Assembly (NCBI GenBank): GCA_013239625.1 | Contig: MU053487.1 | Location: forward strand, 2,253,058-2,317,057 | Origin: Lama guanicoe | Taxonomy: Eukaryota | Direction of reading: 5' to 3' | DNA: 64,000 bases | Shown: positions 1 to 14,100 of the stretch, piece by piece | Position numbering within the stretch: the stretch's first letter is position 1 | Layout: each line of letters opens with the position of its first letter | Notes under the pieces: model-generated | Database searches by the model: none | Seen by the model: only the letters and a program-made list of their open reading frames with translations | Told to the model about the DNA's origin: nothing | Made by a program: the position numbers and the translations under genes

Positions 1-23
1 CCAAATACTCCACCTGCTTTTCC
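1..23 (-). CDS. TRANK1: TRANK1 exon w19, truncated by the window edge: EKQVEYL...
   Basis: tttcctcctcccag acceptor at 24 onward; phase matches w18. Confidence 0.88.
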
Positions 24-2135
24 CTGGGAGGAGGAAACAAAGCAGAGCTTCCATGGGAGGTGGACGTGCCACCTGTATATTTATAACCCACAGCTCTCAC
101 GAGAGCAAACCTGAAACAACCCCCACCCAAGACTCTTACTTGGGGCTGACTTTCTTGGATTTCATGTTCAGGGCGGTGTTGTGAGCCAAAGCCAGTTTCT
201 CCTTCTCCAGTGCGCCTCCTTTTTGGTAACACTTGGCTGCAACCTGGAATAAGCCAAAGGTTTCTGTTTCCAGCTAGGTCATGGAGGTGGCAGAAGCACG
301 AAAGGGAAAGCATGCATTCCGTGTCTGCACGGATGGAGCACTGGATCCCACCCCAGTCACGTCTGAGAGGGAGAAAAGGAAAGACTATGCAGTTTTCCTA
401 TTTCATGCCCATACCTGCTGCCCATATTGTGCCCCCAACCCCCTTTCTAAAAAAAAAAAATTCTTGGTGTTATAACAACAGCCAAGTGTTTGGTATTTTT
501 TTCCAACTGCAACAAGGATGGGCAGTGAGTACATTGCGGGAGCTCGGTCAAATTCCACCACTGCGACATGTTCATGGAAACGCTTTCCAGACACAAACAA
601 ACACACAACAGTGCAAATTCTGTGTCCCCTCCCTCACAACTGATTACAGGGGTTGCCCCAGTCCGTCACCCAGCTCTGCATCCATCCACACCCCCTTGCA
701 GAGTAACTCTGCAGCTTCTCCCATTTCTCTGTGGAGAGTGTGGCCTGTTTCCCCTCCCTCCTGAACTGAGCCGTGATCTGCTTTGGCCAACATGATGCAG
801 CAGAAAGAAGTGACACTGGGCCAGCTCCCAGGCCAGGCCGAGGCCTCATGTGCCCTCATGCAACCTGCTCGGGCATCATGTGAACACCAGGAACCCCATT
901 CACCCCCATCCCCTGAGCCAAGAGCCAGCCAACCCCCAGAAACAGACCTGCTCGCTGACGGGTAGCTGAGGACAGCTTAAGTCACCCAGCCTAAAAGAAA
1001 TACTTAGATGGACTCAGCTTTGCCTACCCACAGAACTGTGAGCTACGTAAGTGACTTGTTTTGGGGGATGTTACGCAGCAAAAGTTCGTCACTCTCAGAT
1101 GTGAGTGACTTGCTGCAGACTTAAAAGCACTTTCCCTGCCACAGCAGACAAAACTTTCCTAAGAACTGGGAATAAGAAAACACTGAGAATTCCTCTTCCC
1201 CAGGCTTGTCAGATGGGAGAACCTCAAGCAGTCGCTTCCCTTAAGTTCTGACTTGCTGTGTCACTGCGTCCGTCACTTCCCAGTACCCTCCCTATTCCAA
1301 GGAAAAGTAGATCATTAAAACAGCAGGACGAGCCCTTCTGAGAAATCACCGTCTTAAAACACCTGTTCAGAAGCGGCAAGAGAAACTGCAGACACTTTTC
1401 CTGTAACATGTGAGGAGTCGGACCTAAGTCTGAAAAAACCTAAGTCTAACGTGAGCATGGAGGCAGGGACAGGAAAGCAAGGATCGGTCCAAAGCTCAGC
1501 TCCAGCTGTTCTCTCAGGAAGCACCGCTTACAGCTGCAGGCATGGAGCAGTCCCAGGCACCCGGGAGAGTCAGTCTTGAGAAGTGTGCATTTCTGTGCGG
1601 TCCTGGCCGGTGTGGCACTCTGCTGGTTAGTTACCCCCAGGACCCTGTCCTCCCTTTGCTGCCTGATGGCAGAACCTGCCCCTCCATGAAGGGCTGAAAC
1701 TACCAGAGGGTACTGCTCTGCTCTCCCAGATCCCTTCCAGTCAGGGAGGGACAGGTGACCTAGTGCTGACCAGGGAAAGGTAAGATGTCCACTGGGGACC
1801 TCATGATTTTTTTTAAAAAGGCCACAAGAGGAATGTGTGTGCCCGTACTTCATTCCTGCTTGGGATGCTGCTGAGAGGAGTGAGGTGTCTGGCACTGCTG
1901 CAGCCATTATGCAGCCAGGAGGGGAAAGCTCTGGTAAGTTGCAAACAGCACAGGGAAGACATGGAGTGAGACTTGATTCAGCTGCAGAACCAACCCTGAG
2001 ACCAGACTTCCTGTTGTTGGATGAAAAACAACAACATACCCCTTTCCATGGGTTTTTTTTTTTAGCTTTTTTTTCCCAACAATTTCACTTTTTTTTAAAT
2101 TTATTTTTGGGGGGGTGGGAGGTAATTAGGTTTTT

Positions 2136-2166
<31 letters not shown>

Positions 2167-5100
2167 ATGGAGGTACTGGGGATTGAACCCCAGGCCTCAT
2201 GCATGCTAAGCATGCACTCTACCACTGAGCTATTCCCTCCCTCACTCTGTGGGGTTTTTGTGACCTGCAGGTGAAGACATCATTACTGCTCCATCACAGG
2301 AGACACACAATGCCTGGTGCCCCACCTGAGACCGTGTGAGGGGTAGGGGTGCTGCCTGTGGGGCTCTTGAAGCTGGTGTTGGTATTTCAAGAGGACTAAC
2401 GGAGAGAACACTTCCCATAAGAAGATGGCATGGGCTTGCTAAGATGGCAGGTAGCTTGAAATCAGTGAGCTCAGTTCCGGAGACAAAGCTTAACCTGTGC
2501 CCACCAGACTCAGATTGGCAGTGAGGTCCATGCCTGATCAGTTTGAGAAACAAAGGGCAGGACCGATCTGTTACTGTTTTAAAATGCAGGATGATGTCCT
2601 GGGCTTGTACCCAGAAGGAAATCTACTTCAGGATGACACCTGCACCCCAATGTTCATAGCAGCACTATTTACAATAGCCAAAACATGGAAACAACCTAAA
2701 TGTCCATCAACAGGTGACTGGATAAAGAAGATGTGGTATATTTATACAATGGAATACTACTCAGCCATAAAAACCGACAACATAATGCCATTTGCAGCAA
2801 CATGGATGCTCCTAGAGAATGTCATTCTAAGTGAAGTAAGCCAGAAAGAGAAAGAAAAATACCATATGAGATCGCTCATATGTGGAATCTAAAAAAAAAA
2901 AACAAACAAAAACAAAGCATAAATACAGGACAGAAATAGACTCATGGACAGAGAATACAGACTTGTGGTTACTGGGGGGGGGGTAGAGGGTGGGAAGGGA
3001 TAGACTGGGATTTCAAAATTGTAGAATAGATAAACAAGATTACACTGTATAGCACAGGGAAATATACACAAAATGTTATGATAAATCACAGAGAAAAAAA
3101 TGTGACAATGAGTGTGTATATGTCCATGAATGACTGAAAAATTGTGCTGAACACTGGAATTTGACACAACACTGTAAAATGATTATGAATCAATAAAAAA
3201 TGTAAAAAAAAATAAAATAAAATAAAATTAATCATCACAAAAAAAAACAATGCAGGATGATGACAGCTTCCTGGGAGACAGGGGGACAGGCCCGGATGTT
3301 TCAGAAGCAGCAGCAGCACAAGCACTGTGACCCCTGTCCCATCCTGGTGACACATGCCATGATGAGAACCCTACCTGGGAGGCCTGATGAGGCCACGGGG
3401 CAGACAGACCTCACCCCTTACCTTCCAGCACTGGTGTTTAGCGTAGTAATCTCCTTGTGCGATCCATTCTGCAGGGGTTGAGGTCTTAACGAACATGCTA
3501 TCATCAAGGTCTAAAATGAAAAAGAAACGTGGGTTTGCCTCTCTGAGCATCCTTCACTTAAACCTGTTGCTAGGGGCTGAATTTTGTTACCCCTGCCTCA
3601 ACAAAATTTCTCAAGTTTTGAACCCTAACCCCCAAGTCCCTCCGAACACAACTGTGTTTGGAGACAGGGTCTTTAAAGAGATTATCAAGTTAAAACATGG
3701 CCGTTACGTGGACCCTAATCCAATCAGACTGGCGTCCTTATAAGAAGAGGAATTTAACACATATACATCATTACAGCCAGGGAGATAGGCGTGAGAAGAA
3801 ACCAAACCACCAGCACCTTGATCTTGGACTTCCAGCCTCCAGAACTGTGAGACAATAACTTCTGTTACGTAAGCCACCCAGTCTTTGTTTGGCAGCCCGA
3901 GAACACATCCGTGTTGTCTGTCTCGTATTCATGTAAGATAGAGGTGAGCTTATCCAGCCAGGTTCTGGTGCATTTTGGAAGGAGGAGGTGGGTATGAGAA
4001 AGGATGCCATTTGGTTTTTGAGCTTTGGTCTACTTTTGTACGGCTATGAGTTAGAAGACAGACCAAGTTCTAATTCCTCCTTGAAAACCCAAAGCCATGT
4101 AGCTCTTGACAAACTCCCATGCCAGGGCCTTACCAAGGGACAAGGTGATAAAATTTTACAGAATTTCCAAATGTGCAGACTTTGTCCTCCTTGCAGGAAG
4201 CAATCTGACACATTCTGGTTGGTGGACACAGACCACGACAACCACCTGCTGCTGGTCCGTCTGCTATTCTCACCAACCCGCGGTGACTGTACTGGCTTGC
4301 CCTCCTGAGACCCTCTAAGTGTCATCAGCAGTGGTGACACTCCCTGCAGATTCTGAGTCACAGCTTCATGAAACACCTGAAAGACTGAGTATCGAGACAA
4401 CACAGATGCCAAATCAGAGATACCCAGGCCAAGGGTTGCCAACTGGAGGAGCCAGGCAGACACGCCAGCTTTGTTTAGAAGGTGCAGAAACACACACGAA
4501 TCCTTGCAACCTGACCCTCCCTGCTGGCTCTCCACCACCTCTGCGTGCAAAACTGACTTCGCACCATCTTGTTCTGACACCATGTGCACTGAGTGCCCTG
4601 GTAACACGTTATTCCCACAGCGAAGCCCCAAAGTATCTCTGCCTCAGGTCAGTGACCTCTGCTGGTGCCACATGGAAGAAACCCTCAATGACATAGTCAC
4701 TCCACGCACCCCAAGTTCCCCATGGAAACAGATGTCCTCAAAGACTTTACCCTGTGCAACTCATGACTCACAATTACCACTGTACTTTTTCTTGTGTCTT
4801 TTTGTTGTTGCTGTTTTTTGTGGGGGAGGTAATTAGATTTACTTATTTATTTCAATGGAGGTACTGGGGGTTGAACCCAGGACCTCGTGCATGCTAAGCA
4901 AGTACCCTCTTATATTCTTAATGCAACCAAGAGAGAAAACAAATTATAATCCTTTTTAATTATGACTTTAAAAAATTTACATTTTTTTTAAACTTAAGTA
5001 CAGTCAGTTACAATGTGTCAATATCTGGTGCACAGTACAGTGTCCCAGTCATGCGTATATATACATATATTTGTTTTCATATTCTTTTTCATTAAAGGTT

Positions 5101-8100
5101 ATTACAAGATATTGAAGATTCTCGTCATATTCAATATGAAGATATTGAATAGGTTCCCTGTGCTATACAGAAGAAATTTGGGTTTTTTCCCATTGTGACT
5201 TTTTAATTAAAAAAAACAAAAACTGCTTAGCTTGGTGACCTTTTATAACGAGTGCCAGAACCTAGTTCAAGAATAAAACGGGTTTGAGCAGCAGGAAAGA
5301 ATGAGAACAAGCTCGGGAGGCCACCCCCTCGTTTTCCTCTTAGACGAGGAAGGGGAGGCCCAGGGAAAGAAAGTGGGCCCTGAATGACGCCCTGTGGTTG
5401 CACAGGTGGAGAGTTCTAATGAGAAGCCCGGTTAACACAAGACTTTGACTTTTCCCATTATGCCCATACAGTCAGGTCCCAGGAACAGAATATCTGATCT
5501 TGGTCCCTGGCTGCGCCATTGGCTGTAACCAGAAATAGCCTCCTTAAAACTGGCTGGAAAACGCTCAGGAAACCAGTAAACCTCTTTGCAGCCGCCGAGC
5601 CCTGAGCTTTCCCCTCATCCTTGGAGAAATTCACCGTGGCCTGGAGGAGCCAACGCAACTGCCAACCCACGAGAAAGAGAACAGTTATCTCCTTCATGAG
5701 AGCTGATTATTTCTCCCCTAGTTATCCTATCAGGAGAACGTCATTCCACTTTTTCATTAGCTAGCCTTTGCAAATTATGAAAACAATTCATGATGATGTT
5801 GGGTGTTTTTTTTTTGAAACTCGGCAAACAGCACAGGAGGGTATAAAGTGCCCACATCTCATCAGCAACCCCACACCCGTCCGTCCCGGCACCAGAGGAG
5901 TCCCTGCAAACAGCTGCACCTTGATGAACACTTAGGTCGTTTTTAGTTTCTCATAATTACAAACAGGGCTGTGAACCCTCTCGTGCACGTCTCCTTGAGA
6001 TACGTCCTTGAAATACTCTGGATAGTATCCTTCAATAATACTCTAGTATCTCTGGATAGATTCCTAGAAGTGGAATTACTGGGTCAAAAGGCACGTACAT
6101 TTTTTTAACCGGATAGGTATTACCTATCAGCTGTCCAACAGCCCACACCACTTTGCCTCCCCACAACACAGCCTCTTCTCTCTAACCTTGTCCAGGATGC
6201 TCCCCTTCAAAGGACAGATAAAAGACCTTCCCTGAAGGAGTTAACCCTCCCAATCCCATTTCCACCTCTGCCTCCCACACACCTTAGTGACAAATACAAA
6301 TTCTCATTTTTCAGAAGAATGTGGACAGAATAGTGCTTTCAAAAAACTATCCCTTTTATACCTGATCCTAGAGCGGCTGAGAGTAACATGCTTTCTATCT
6401 GACAACCAGAATATTTTCATGACATCTGACCTTTATTTTCATCCGTTTTCACAACTTTGACGAAATCCCTTCGCATGAAGTATTTGAAAGCAGGAGCCCG
6501 CTTCTCTGGGTTTTCGTCAAAGATCCAGAGGTTGACCCGAGCCCGGGTGATGGCCGTGTACAGCTGCTTCAGCTCCCCGTTCAGGAGCTAAAGAGGAGAA
6601 CAGGACAAAGATGTGAGCCCTCTGTCTAGAGTGCGGTGTGACTCACTTCAAAGGCTTACTCGGATTTTGGAGAAGTGCAACATTTTACGGAGGACAGCAC
6701 AGGCATGAGCGGGACCAGAGAGCTCACTGTGGCTGCAGCCCACGTAAGGGGAGCTCTAGCAAGAGAGGGGCGCCCTCTCCCCTCCATGGGGTCTGCTGTG
6801 CTTGTCTCTTTTGAAATAATTATAGATTCATAGGAAGATAGTGCAGACAGGTCCCATGAACTTTTCACTCCGTTTACCCCCATGGTTACATCCCACTCAG
6901 TCACTGTAACTTCTTTTGTAAAACTGGAGCAGTCAGTCTCCTCTGTTGTGACTATTATCAGCACTAAATTACTCCTGACCTACTGGACGATGGAGGCCTG
7001 ACGGTCTCGGGGGAAGATGACCTGAACTCAGGGAGGGCCTCCTTGATGAAATAATGCACATTTCAAAACAATGACGGATTTGTGGCTATCCAGAGGTTTG
7101 CATAGCTTGGCGGTGATTTGACATCTATTTCTGCAGAGCCTTCCAGGCACTGACAGAAATAACCTGATAACTGCTATTCTGTTTGTTTTGTACTCTGTAT
7201 AAGACATAAAACTAGGACAGTAGCTTCTCCCAAAGTTTTTGATTTTGCTGGTTTGATTTTCTGTGATGTTGTGATCACTCAAGGCCCCCATTTGCCTCCC
7301 TTAGGCAAGAGCTCCACAGAACTTCTTAGCTTTGGCCTCCTTCTCGAGGATGTAGCTGGGATGCCAAGGGGACCGGGAGCCGGGTCCCTGCACAATCAAG
7401 GCTGGGAGACAACAGTCAGAGTTTCTGAACAGAGCCAAGGTCCAGAGGTGAACAGAGGTGCAGCCTACCCGTGGGCCCCTCTATCAATCGAGCCCGGCTC
7501 TCTGCTGAGGAGAGGGGTCCCCAACGCTAAGATGCCCGCATTCCCTTTCTTGTCCTCCACCCTCCAGTGCTGATGAGCAGGAAGACCCACAGCACAGGCT
7601 CATCTCTAACCTCATCTTCTTGTCCAAGTCTCGGTTACTGGCTCCCTGTCAAGTAAGTGTGAGGACCAGTGGCAGATAATCACCTTGTACATTTCTGGAT
7701 TGACGGTAAGATGGCGCCCCGGGGAGGAGCTGCGTTTCTCTAGGGGCATTTCAATCAGTGGCCTGCTTTCCTCTCTGGACTCGGAGGATGAAGGAGTAAA
7801 TGAGGAAATGATCTTCCATTCCTTGTAAGCCTGAATAACAAAGACACATTAAAGACCAGCAGAATACACTTCTGAAGCTTACACCCAGCCTCCCCAGGCC
7901 TTGCGGAGAATTGAGCCCCCTTCTCCTGACATGGGGGCCAGGCCTTCAGCCCCAGCCATGAGGAGGGGGCGTCCTGTGGCCTCAGAGTGGGGGTCAGGGC
8001 CCAGGCAGAGATCAGGGCAGCTACCGGGGAGACAGCCCCAGATGCTGGGCCAAGACAGCCGCGAAGCAGTCACACGTGCTCACTTCTAGGGGGAAGGCTC

Positions 8101-11100
8101 AGGGCCCGAAGTGCTCGCTGCAAGCATTTCCACAAGCAGATGGAGAGAGGAAACCAGCGTCCTCACCTCTTCTCACAACATGTTTAAGTCTCAGTCATTA
8201 AGAAACATGGGACAAACTGTCCAAACTAAATGATTCAACCAAGGATGGAGAAATTCGGGAGCCTTGGGGTACACTAAGCAAGATGGACTCTGGGCTCAGA
8301 CAGAACGCAGCATGGCACAGTCCACCTACTTATGAGCTGTGTGACCTTGACCAAACATTTATTTGCTTCTTCTAGGTCTCATTTTTTTTTCTGTAAAACC
8401 GGATGATAGAATGATCCAGGTTTGTTGGGAAATGAAAGGAGATAATCAATGTGAAGTGTCCACACCATGCTTGAGAAAGACTTCATATTTTAGCCATTTT
8501 TCCCTTTATCCAAATCAAGCCACAGAATCACTGTGACTTGTAGACCAGGGTCTGTAAATTTTCTTGCTCAAGGGTCAGATAATGACTCCTTTTTGCTTTG
8601 TGGGTAGGGTCTCCCTTGTAACTACTCCACTCCACCCTTGTAGAGCAAAAGCAGCCACAGTCCGTAGTAAATGAACGGGCGTGCAGGGACGTCATAGAAC
8701 GTTATTTCTTGATGCTAAAACTGAATGGAATGTAATTTTCACATGCCACAGAATATTATTTTCCTTTTGATTCTTTTTTAACCATTTAAAAATGTAAAAA
8801 CCATTCTGAGCTCATAGGCCACACAAAAATAGACAGCAGGCTGGATCTGGGCGCCGGGCCTTAGTTTGCAGACCCTGAGGAGGCAAAAGCGCCCAGATGA
8901 CGTGCAGTATTTAGAGTCAAGGATTCCCATGAAATTTCAGATTTCATACTTCAGTGTGTCGGGGAGAGTAGGCGGTCAGCTCTCCTAGTCTGTTCTTTTC
9001 TGTTTATAAAGTGATGTTATTCTCCACCTCTGTAGCCTTTCAAAGATGATGGAAAGGCAGGGTAGGTAGAGGTTTTCACCTCCCTTCAGTTATTCTGTAA
9101 CTTAAACTATATAAACACTAGGTTAAGTGCTTTAAACACCATCTCCTCAATAGGAACGTTCTGCTACTGACCAATTAGGGAACTGATCACGATGTTATGG
9201 GTCCTTTGAAGAGAAGACTCGCAGGTCAGGGCAACAAGAAGCCCCTACACACACACACACGCACACACACAGAAGCACAGAGTGAGCCTGCTAGACACAT
9301 GGGTGGAAGACGAGTCCAGGGATGGAGAGAGGTGCTCGCCTCAGTCCATCTGCCTCAAATAGCAAACTGTTCAGCAGCCTTCACCCTGAAAGAAACCCCA
9401 TGTGAGCAGCCAGACCAGGACGACTGGGGACTTCAGTGACCCCTGTCTCTCCTCTCCTTGGACTGAAGCATCTACTCCCATTTGCACTGATGCCTTTTGG
9501 TCTTGGGGTCGTAAATGATAAACTGAAGGTGTGCTTTGCACTGGGGAATGCATGACTCTACTCCCATGGCAACTGGGAAGCATCACATCAAGATTATAAA
9601 CATAGGATGAAGTGGATGTTACAAAAGATTCAACTGGTGATTGTTTTAATTTCATGCAACTCACTGAGCCATTGGTGGGAGCTTAGGGTCAAGGCATCCA
9701 GGACTCTGCCGTGCTAGGGTCAAGGTTAGAGAGAATAACCAGATTTTTCTTTCACACACAGAGTTGACCACAAGTTACCAATGTATCAGCTCAGAGCTCC
9801 TGGAGCTTCTAACGAGCATAAGCATACAACTGGTACTTCATAAAAGACAGGAACAACAAAGTCTTACCCCTTCCTCTTTTAGGAGAGCCTCGCTCCAACC
9901 ATGACCAATGGATGTATTATGAGAAAAAAAAGTTAGTCCTCAGAGATTAAAAATGGTTCCAGGATTAATGAGAATGTATCTCATTTTATTAGCAAAAGCC
10001 AATAGAAAAGGAATGCACTTAAAGGATGGCTATGATATATTCATTGTGGAAGGTTCTGGCAGCTGATTTGCATGCAGGGCTTTAAAAGGAAGGAAGTTTA
10101 GGGGAAAGATCATGAGATTTAGAACTCAGAGCATCTGACTTCATCTCCAGGCTCTGGCACCTACATTATGACTATGGGAAATTTACTTAATGTCCATGAC
10201 CCCCGGCCTTATCTGTAGAATGGCGGTAATAAAAATACAACCTCAGAGGGTCAGTGGAGGATGAACTGAGACAATGTATTAAAAAAGCACATTATAAACT
10301 GTAAAGTGTCCGTAGCAATATTAGTCGTAGGTATTATCAAGGCAAACATGACATTTTTTAAAAGACTAGACAAAAGAAAAATATGGACTCCATTCAAAGG
10401 GTTAGTTCTGGGGCAGATTTTTAGGGAGTCAAAGCCAAGAGTGCTCCTGACTTGGGTATGAAAATAGCCCCTTCGAGCACACGCCATGTGCAGTGCGACA
10501 TCTGCAACGAGGACCCGGGCACAGCCAACTAAGTCCCCAAAGAAGACCCCACCGCACAGTCAGCAGCCAGCCTGAGCCCCATCAAAGATGGTGGTGAAGA
10601 GACACCAGTGGCTAGGAGACTGAGGACAATGGCCTTGAGTTGGTGGCTCTCCCTGTGATGTACTGAGCTGGAGGAGAAAGACCGTCACCAGCACTCAGGA
10701 GCCAAGTTGAAACAACAGGCTGGCACAGAGGTCACTGAGTTGTCAGTCCAGGGACTCTCAGGCTGCCATTGCCTGCAAGCAGTGGTGGCGAAGCCATGCC
10801 GGAAGGAAGCTCAGGCGGGGCGGCTGTTCTCGTCTCCTGCGTTACCTGATCCCGGGGGCAGGAACCAAGGCTCATTTGTCTTCCCGGAGTTCACTTTCTC
10901 TAGGAATGACCTTGCCCAGTTTTGTCCTCGCCAGGTGGACACTGCTAACCTTGCCTTCACTTGTAAGGCTCTCATTAGAGCTTGCTCCAACTCGAGCATC
11001 CTCGGGAGTCAAGGATAACAGTCGTAGGGAAAACCGGAAGCTGACACTTGGGTACCAGGCCTTGAGAAGAGATGAATACAAGAGAGCAGGGAAGGGCAGG

Positions 11101-14100
11101 GCACGGGAAGAACTAGGTCACGAGACACTGCGGAGCAACCCACAGCCCTTGTCAAAACCCACATCCAAACACACAAAGAGCCCCACACCAAATGGACAAT
11201 GGTCCAAAACAGAAACAGGCACCTGTGACAAACTCTTTTCGACTCAGCTCCAAATTCTCTTCCCAGGAGTGGAAGGGTAGCTCATACAGATACATGCACT
11301 GTGGGAAAAGAATTCAGAATGACATACCTCGGAATCAGTGAAAAAGTTGTAAAGGAGGACATCGTCAAATTCTAAGCCCTTTGCTTCATAAACTGTTAGC
11401 ACAAGCGCTAACCCCAGCTCTTCTGGAATTTTCTCCTTTGCCATTTCATTGGCTACAAGGATCACCTGAGGGGAAAAAAAAAAGCGAGGGAATAGAAGAG
11501 AAAAAACATCAAATTGTAGAAAGAGAAATCTAGTAACACTGAGTCGATTTCTATGGGAGGCAGAGAATGTCTTTGAAGAGAAGTACCGGTGTGGACTTGG
11601 TCAGCCAGGCTGGTGGGACTGTGAATAACAATTAGTCACTCACCCATCCCGGAAACTTCCTCATTTTGGAACAGGGGCTATTGAGTTCTACCTAGTGGAA
11701 TGACTCAGCTTCTCAAAACTTTTTTCAATCACAAACTGCCTTTTATTTTATTTTATTTTAAAAAATTATTTATTTTATTTTAGTGGAGGTGGGGAGGTAA
11801 CTAGGTTTATTTATTTTTAAAGGTACTGGGAAACTGAACCCAGGACCTCGTGCACGCTAAGCATGCACTCTACCACTTGAGCTGTACCCTCCCCACTTCG
11901 CCTTTTATTTAAAAACATACAGTCTCAAGAAACTTACCTGATGGGCTCCAAATTCGATGGGCTGGGTTTTCCTTTTGTTGCCTCGAAGCAATATTGCCAA
12001 GTCACTCACACTACAAGACTCCAGGACAATTGGTTTGGGACCATCGAAGAGGCCAGAATCCCTTGTAAGGCGATCAAAAGATTCCGGGAAATAGAACTTA
12101 AGTAAATCTATCACTCCAGATGCCAGATTGAGGATTCCTGGGATAAAACAAAAAACTTGTAACATACAACATGACAGCATGGCTGGGTTACCTGTATTCT
12201 GTTTTCTTATTTTGGGTTTTGTTTTGTTTTGTTTTTCCTGAGAAGCAGCATTGGTCCTGATGGTACATCCAGCTAGCTGCAAGCCCATTTCCAGATCCTA
12301 TTAGATGATCCCTTTGGCGCCGAGCTGTACTATTCTGGGTGCAGTAGATGAAGACAGAGATATGTTTGCTGTAGCATGAAGGTTTTGTACAATCTCCTTC
12401 CTGACCTATATTCGTGTTAGAGAAAATTACCTCATGAAGAAGAGTCAAGGCGGAAATGTAATCTAAACAATTAGAGCTGTTAGAATGCCAATACAGGCGG
12501 CTAATGTAGACAGTAAAAAAGCAAGAGTTATTGCATCCCCTGTCATTGGTACGTAGCGCACCAGAGACGCTACCTGGTAAGAGCAGTGCTGGTTGTTAGC
12601 TGGGACATCACCCTTTCTGCCAGGTGTATTCCCAGCCGAGACAGGACTATACTAAGAAAAACTGTCAGACTGGATAAAGAACTTTCCATTGAGCTTTCTC
12701 CCTGGGTCCCATTTTTGTCTAAGCACTGAAGTAACACCGACAGTGATGCTGACTGTACAACAGGCACCTTCCTAAAAATCGTCCCTTTTTAATCCTCCCA
12801 ACAGCCCGCTGAGACAGACCAGACAACCCCACTTTGCAAACAGAGACTCTGAGGTCCAAGAAGTTAGGAAACACCTCCAAGTGTCAGGATTTGAAGCTGG
12901 TCTGAACACAGACCATCCTGGGTCTCCCACTATTCCCAGGGGCCCTGTGCCGTTTGCTCAACACCAGATAGAATACTATGAAATGGGCACATGTGTCCCC
13001 ATTGCAGTTATCAAGGAGTAAAGGGAAATTTCATCATCCAGGGCTACTATTATCAAAAGTACACAGTTTAAAGAAATCGAAAGCACAAGTTGAAACTGTT
13101 GAATCTAATCTAACTCAGCTGATATTGTGGTTCAGAGATTTACATTAATGAAAGAATCAGAAAAAGGCACGTAAGTGTTCACTGTGGTGAAAAACTGGAA
13201 TCCACTTAAAGGACCTTCTAGGGAACTACATAAATTATTTTATATAAACATACTCGAAGAATAAAGGATGATTCAGCCACAAAAAACATGAAGTACTAAC
13301 ACAGGCTATAATACGGAAGAACCTTGGAAACATGATGTGAAATGAAAGAAGATGGGTATAAAAGGTCACATGTTGTATGATTCCATTTATCAGAAATGTC
13401 CAGAATAGGCAAATCTAGAAAGTAGACTGGTAGTTCACAGGGTTAGGGGAATGAGGAGAGACTGCTAATGGTTTTAGGGTTTCTTTTTGGGGTGACAGAA
13501 CTGTTCTGGAATTAGATAGTGGTTATGATTGCATAACCTCATGAATATATTATTTAAAAAACCCCACCAAGTTGCATATTTTAGACAGATGAATGTTATG
13601 CTGTGTGAATCTCAATTTAAAGAATAAAAAATGGGGAAATATTCACTAAACATATATTCACTACATAATCAATAAATACATACATGCATGTGATAAATGC
13701 ATATATGTATAAGTACAAAGATCAGGAGGAAATAAAACAAAATGTTAGTTGTTAGCAGCCTTACAGGGAGCTTGAATTTTTTTTTTAACATTTTATGTGT
13801 TTTCTAGCACATCTTATTGGGGCTTTTTCTGGTTCTATACACAGAAATCACACAGCCTTCCCTCCATCCTAAGAGAAGAGGTGGAGGGAGGGCATAGCTT
13901 AAGTGGCAGAGTGCATGCTTAGCATGCATGAGGTCCTGGGTTCAATGCCCAGTACCTCCTCTAAAAATAAATAAATAAACCTAATTACCTCCCAGCCACC
14001 AAAAACAACAACTAAGAGAGGAGGTGGGAGATGGGGTTTATGCAGTAATCATCTGTGTGGGTTGCTTAGCACAGCAATTTAAAAAAAAAATCAGTTTGCA

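Noticed and set aside
210..764. 184-aa plus-strand ORF
   Set aside because: Antisense and mostly intronic, non-ATG start, no recognisable domain or splice structure.
2497..2892. 131-aa ORF as a host gene
   Set aside because: L1 ORF2 C-terminal fragment.
4044..4696. Overlapping 125-195-aa ORFs
   Set aside because: Intronic, non-ATG starts, no recognisable homology; the TRANK1 exon chain is complete without them.
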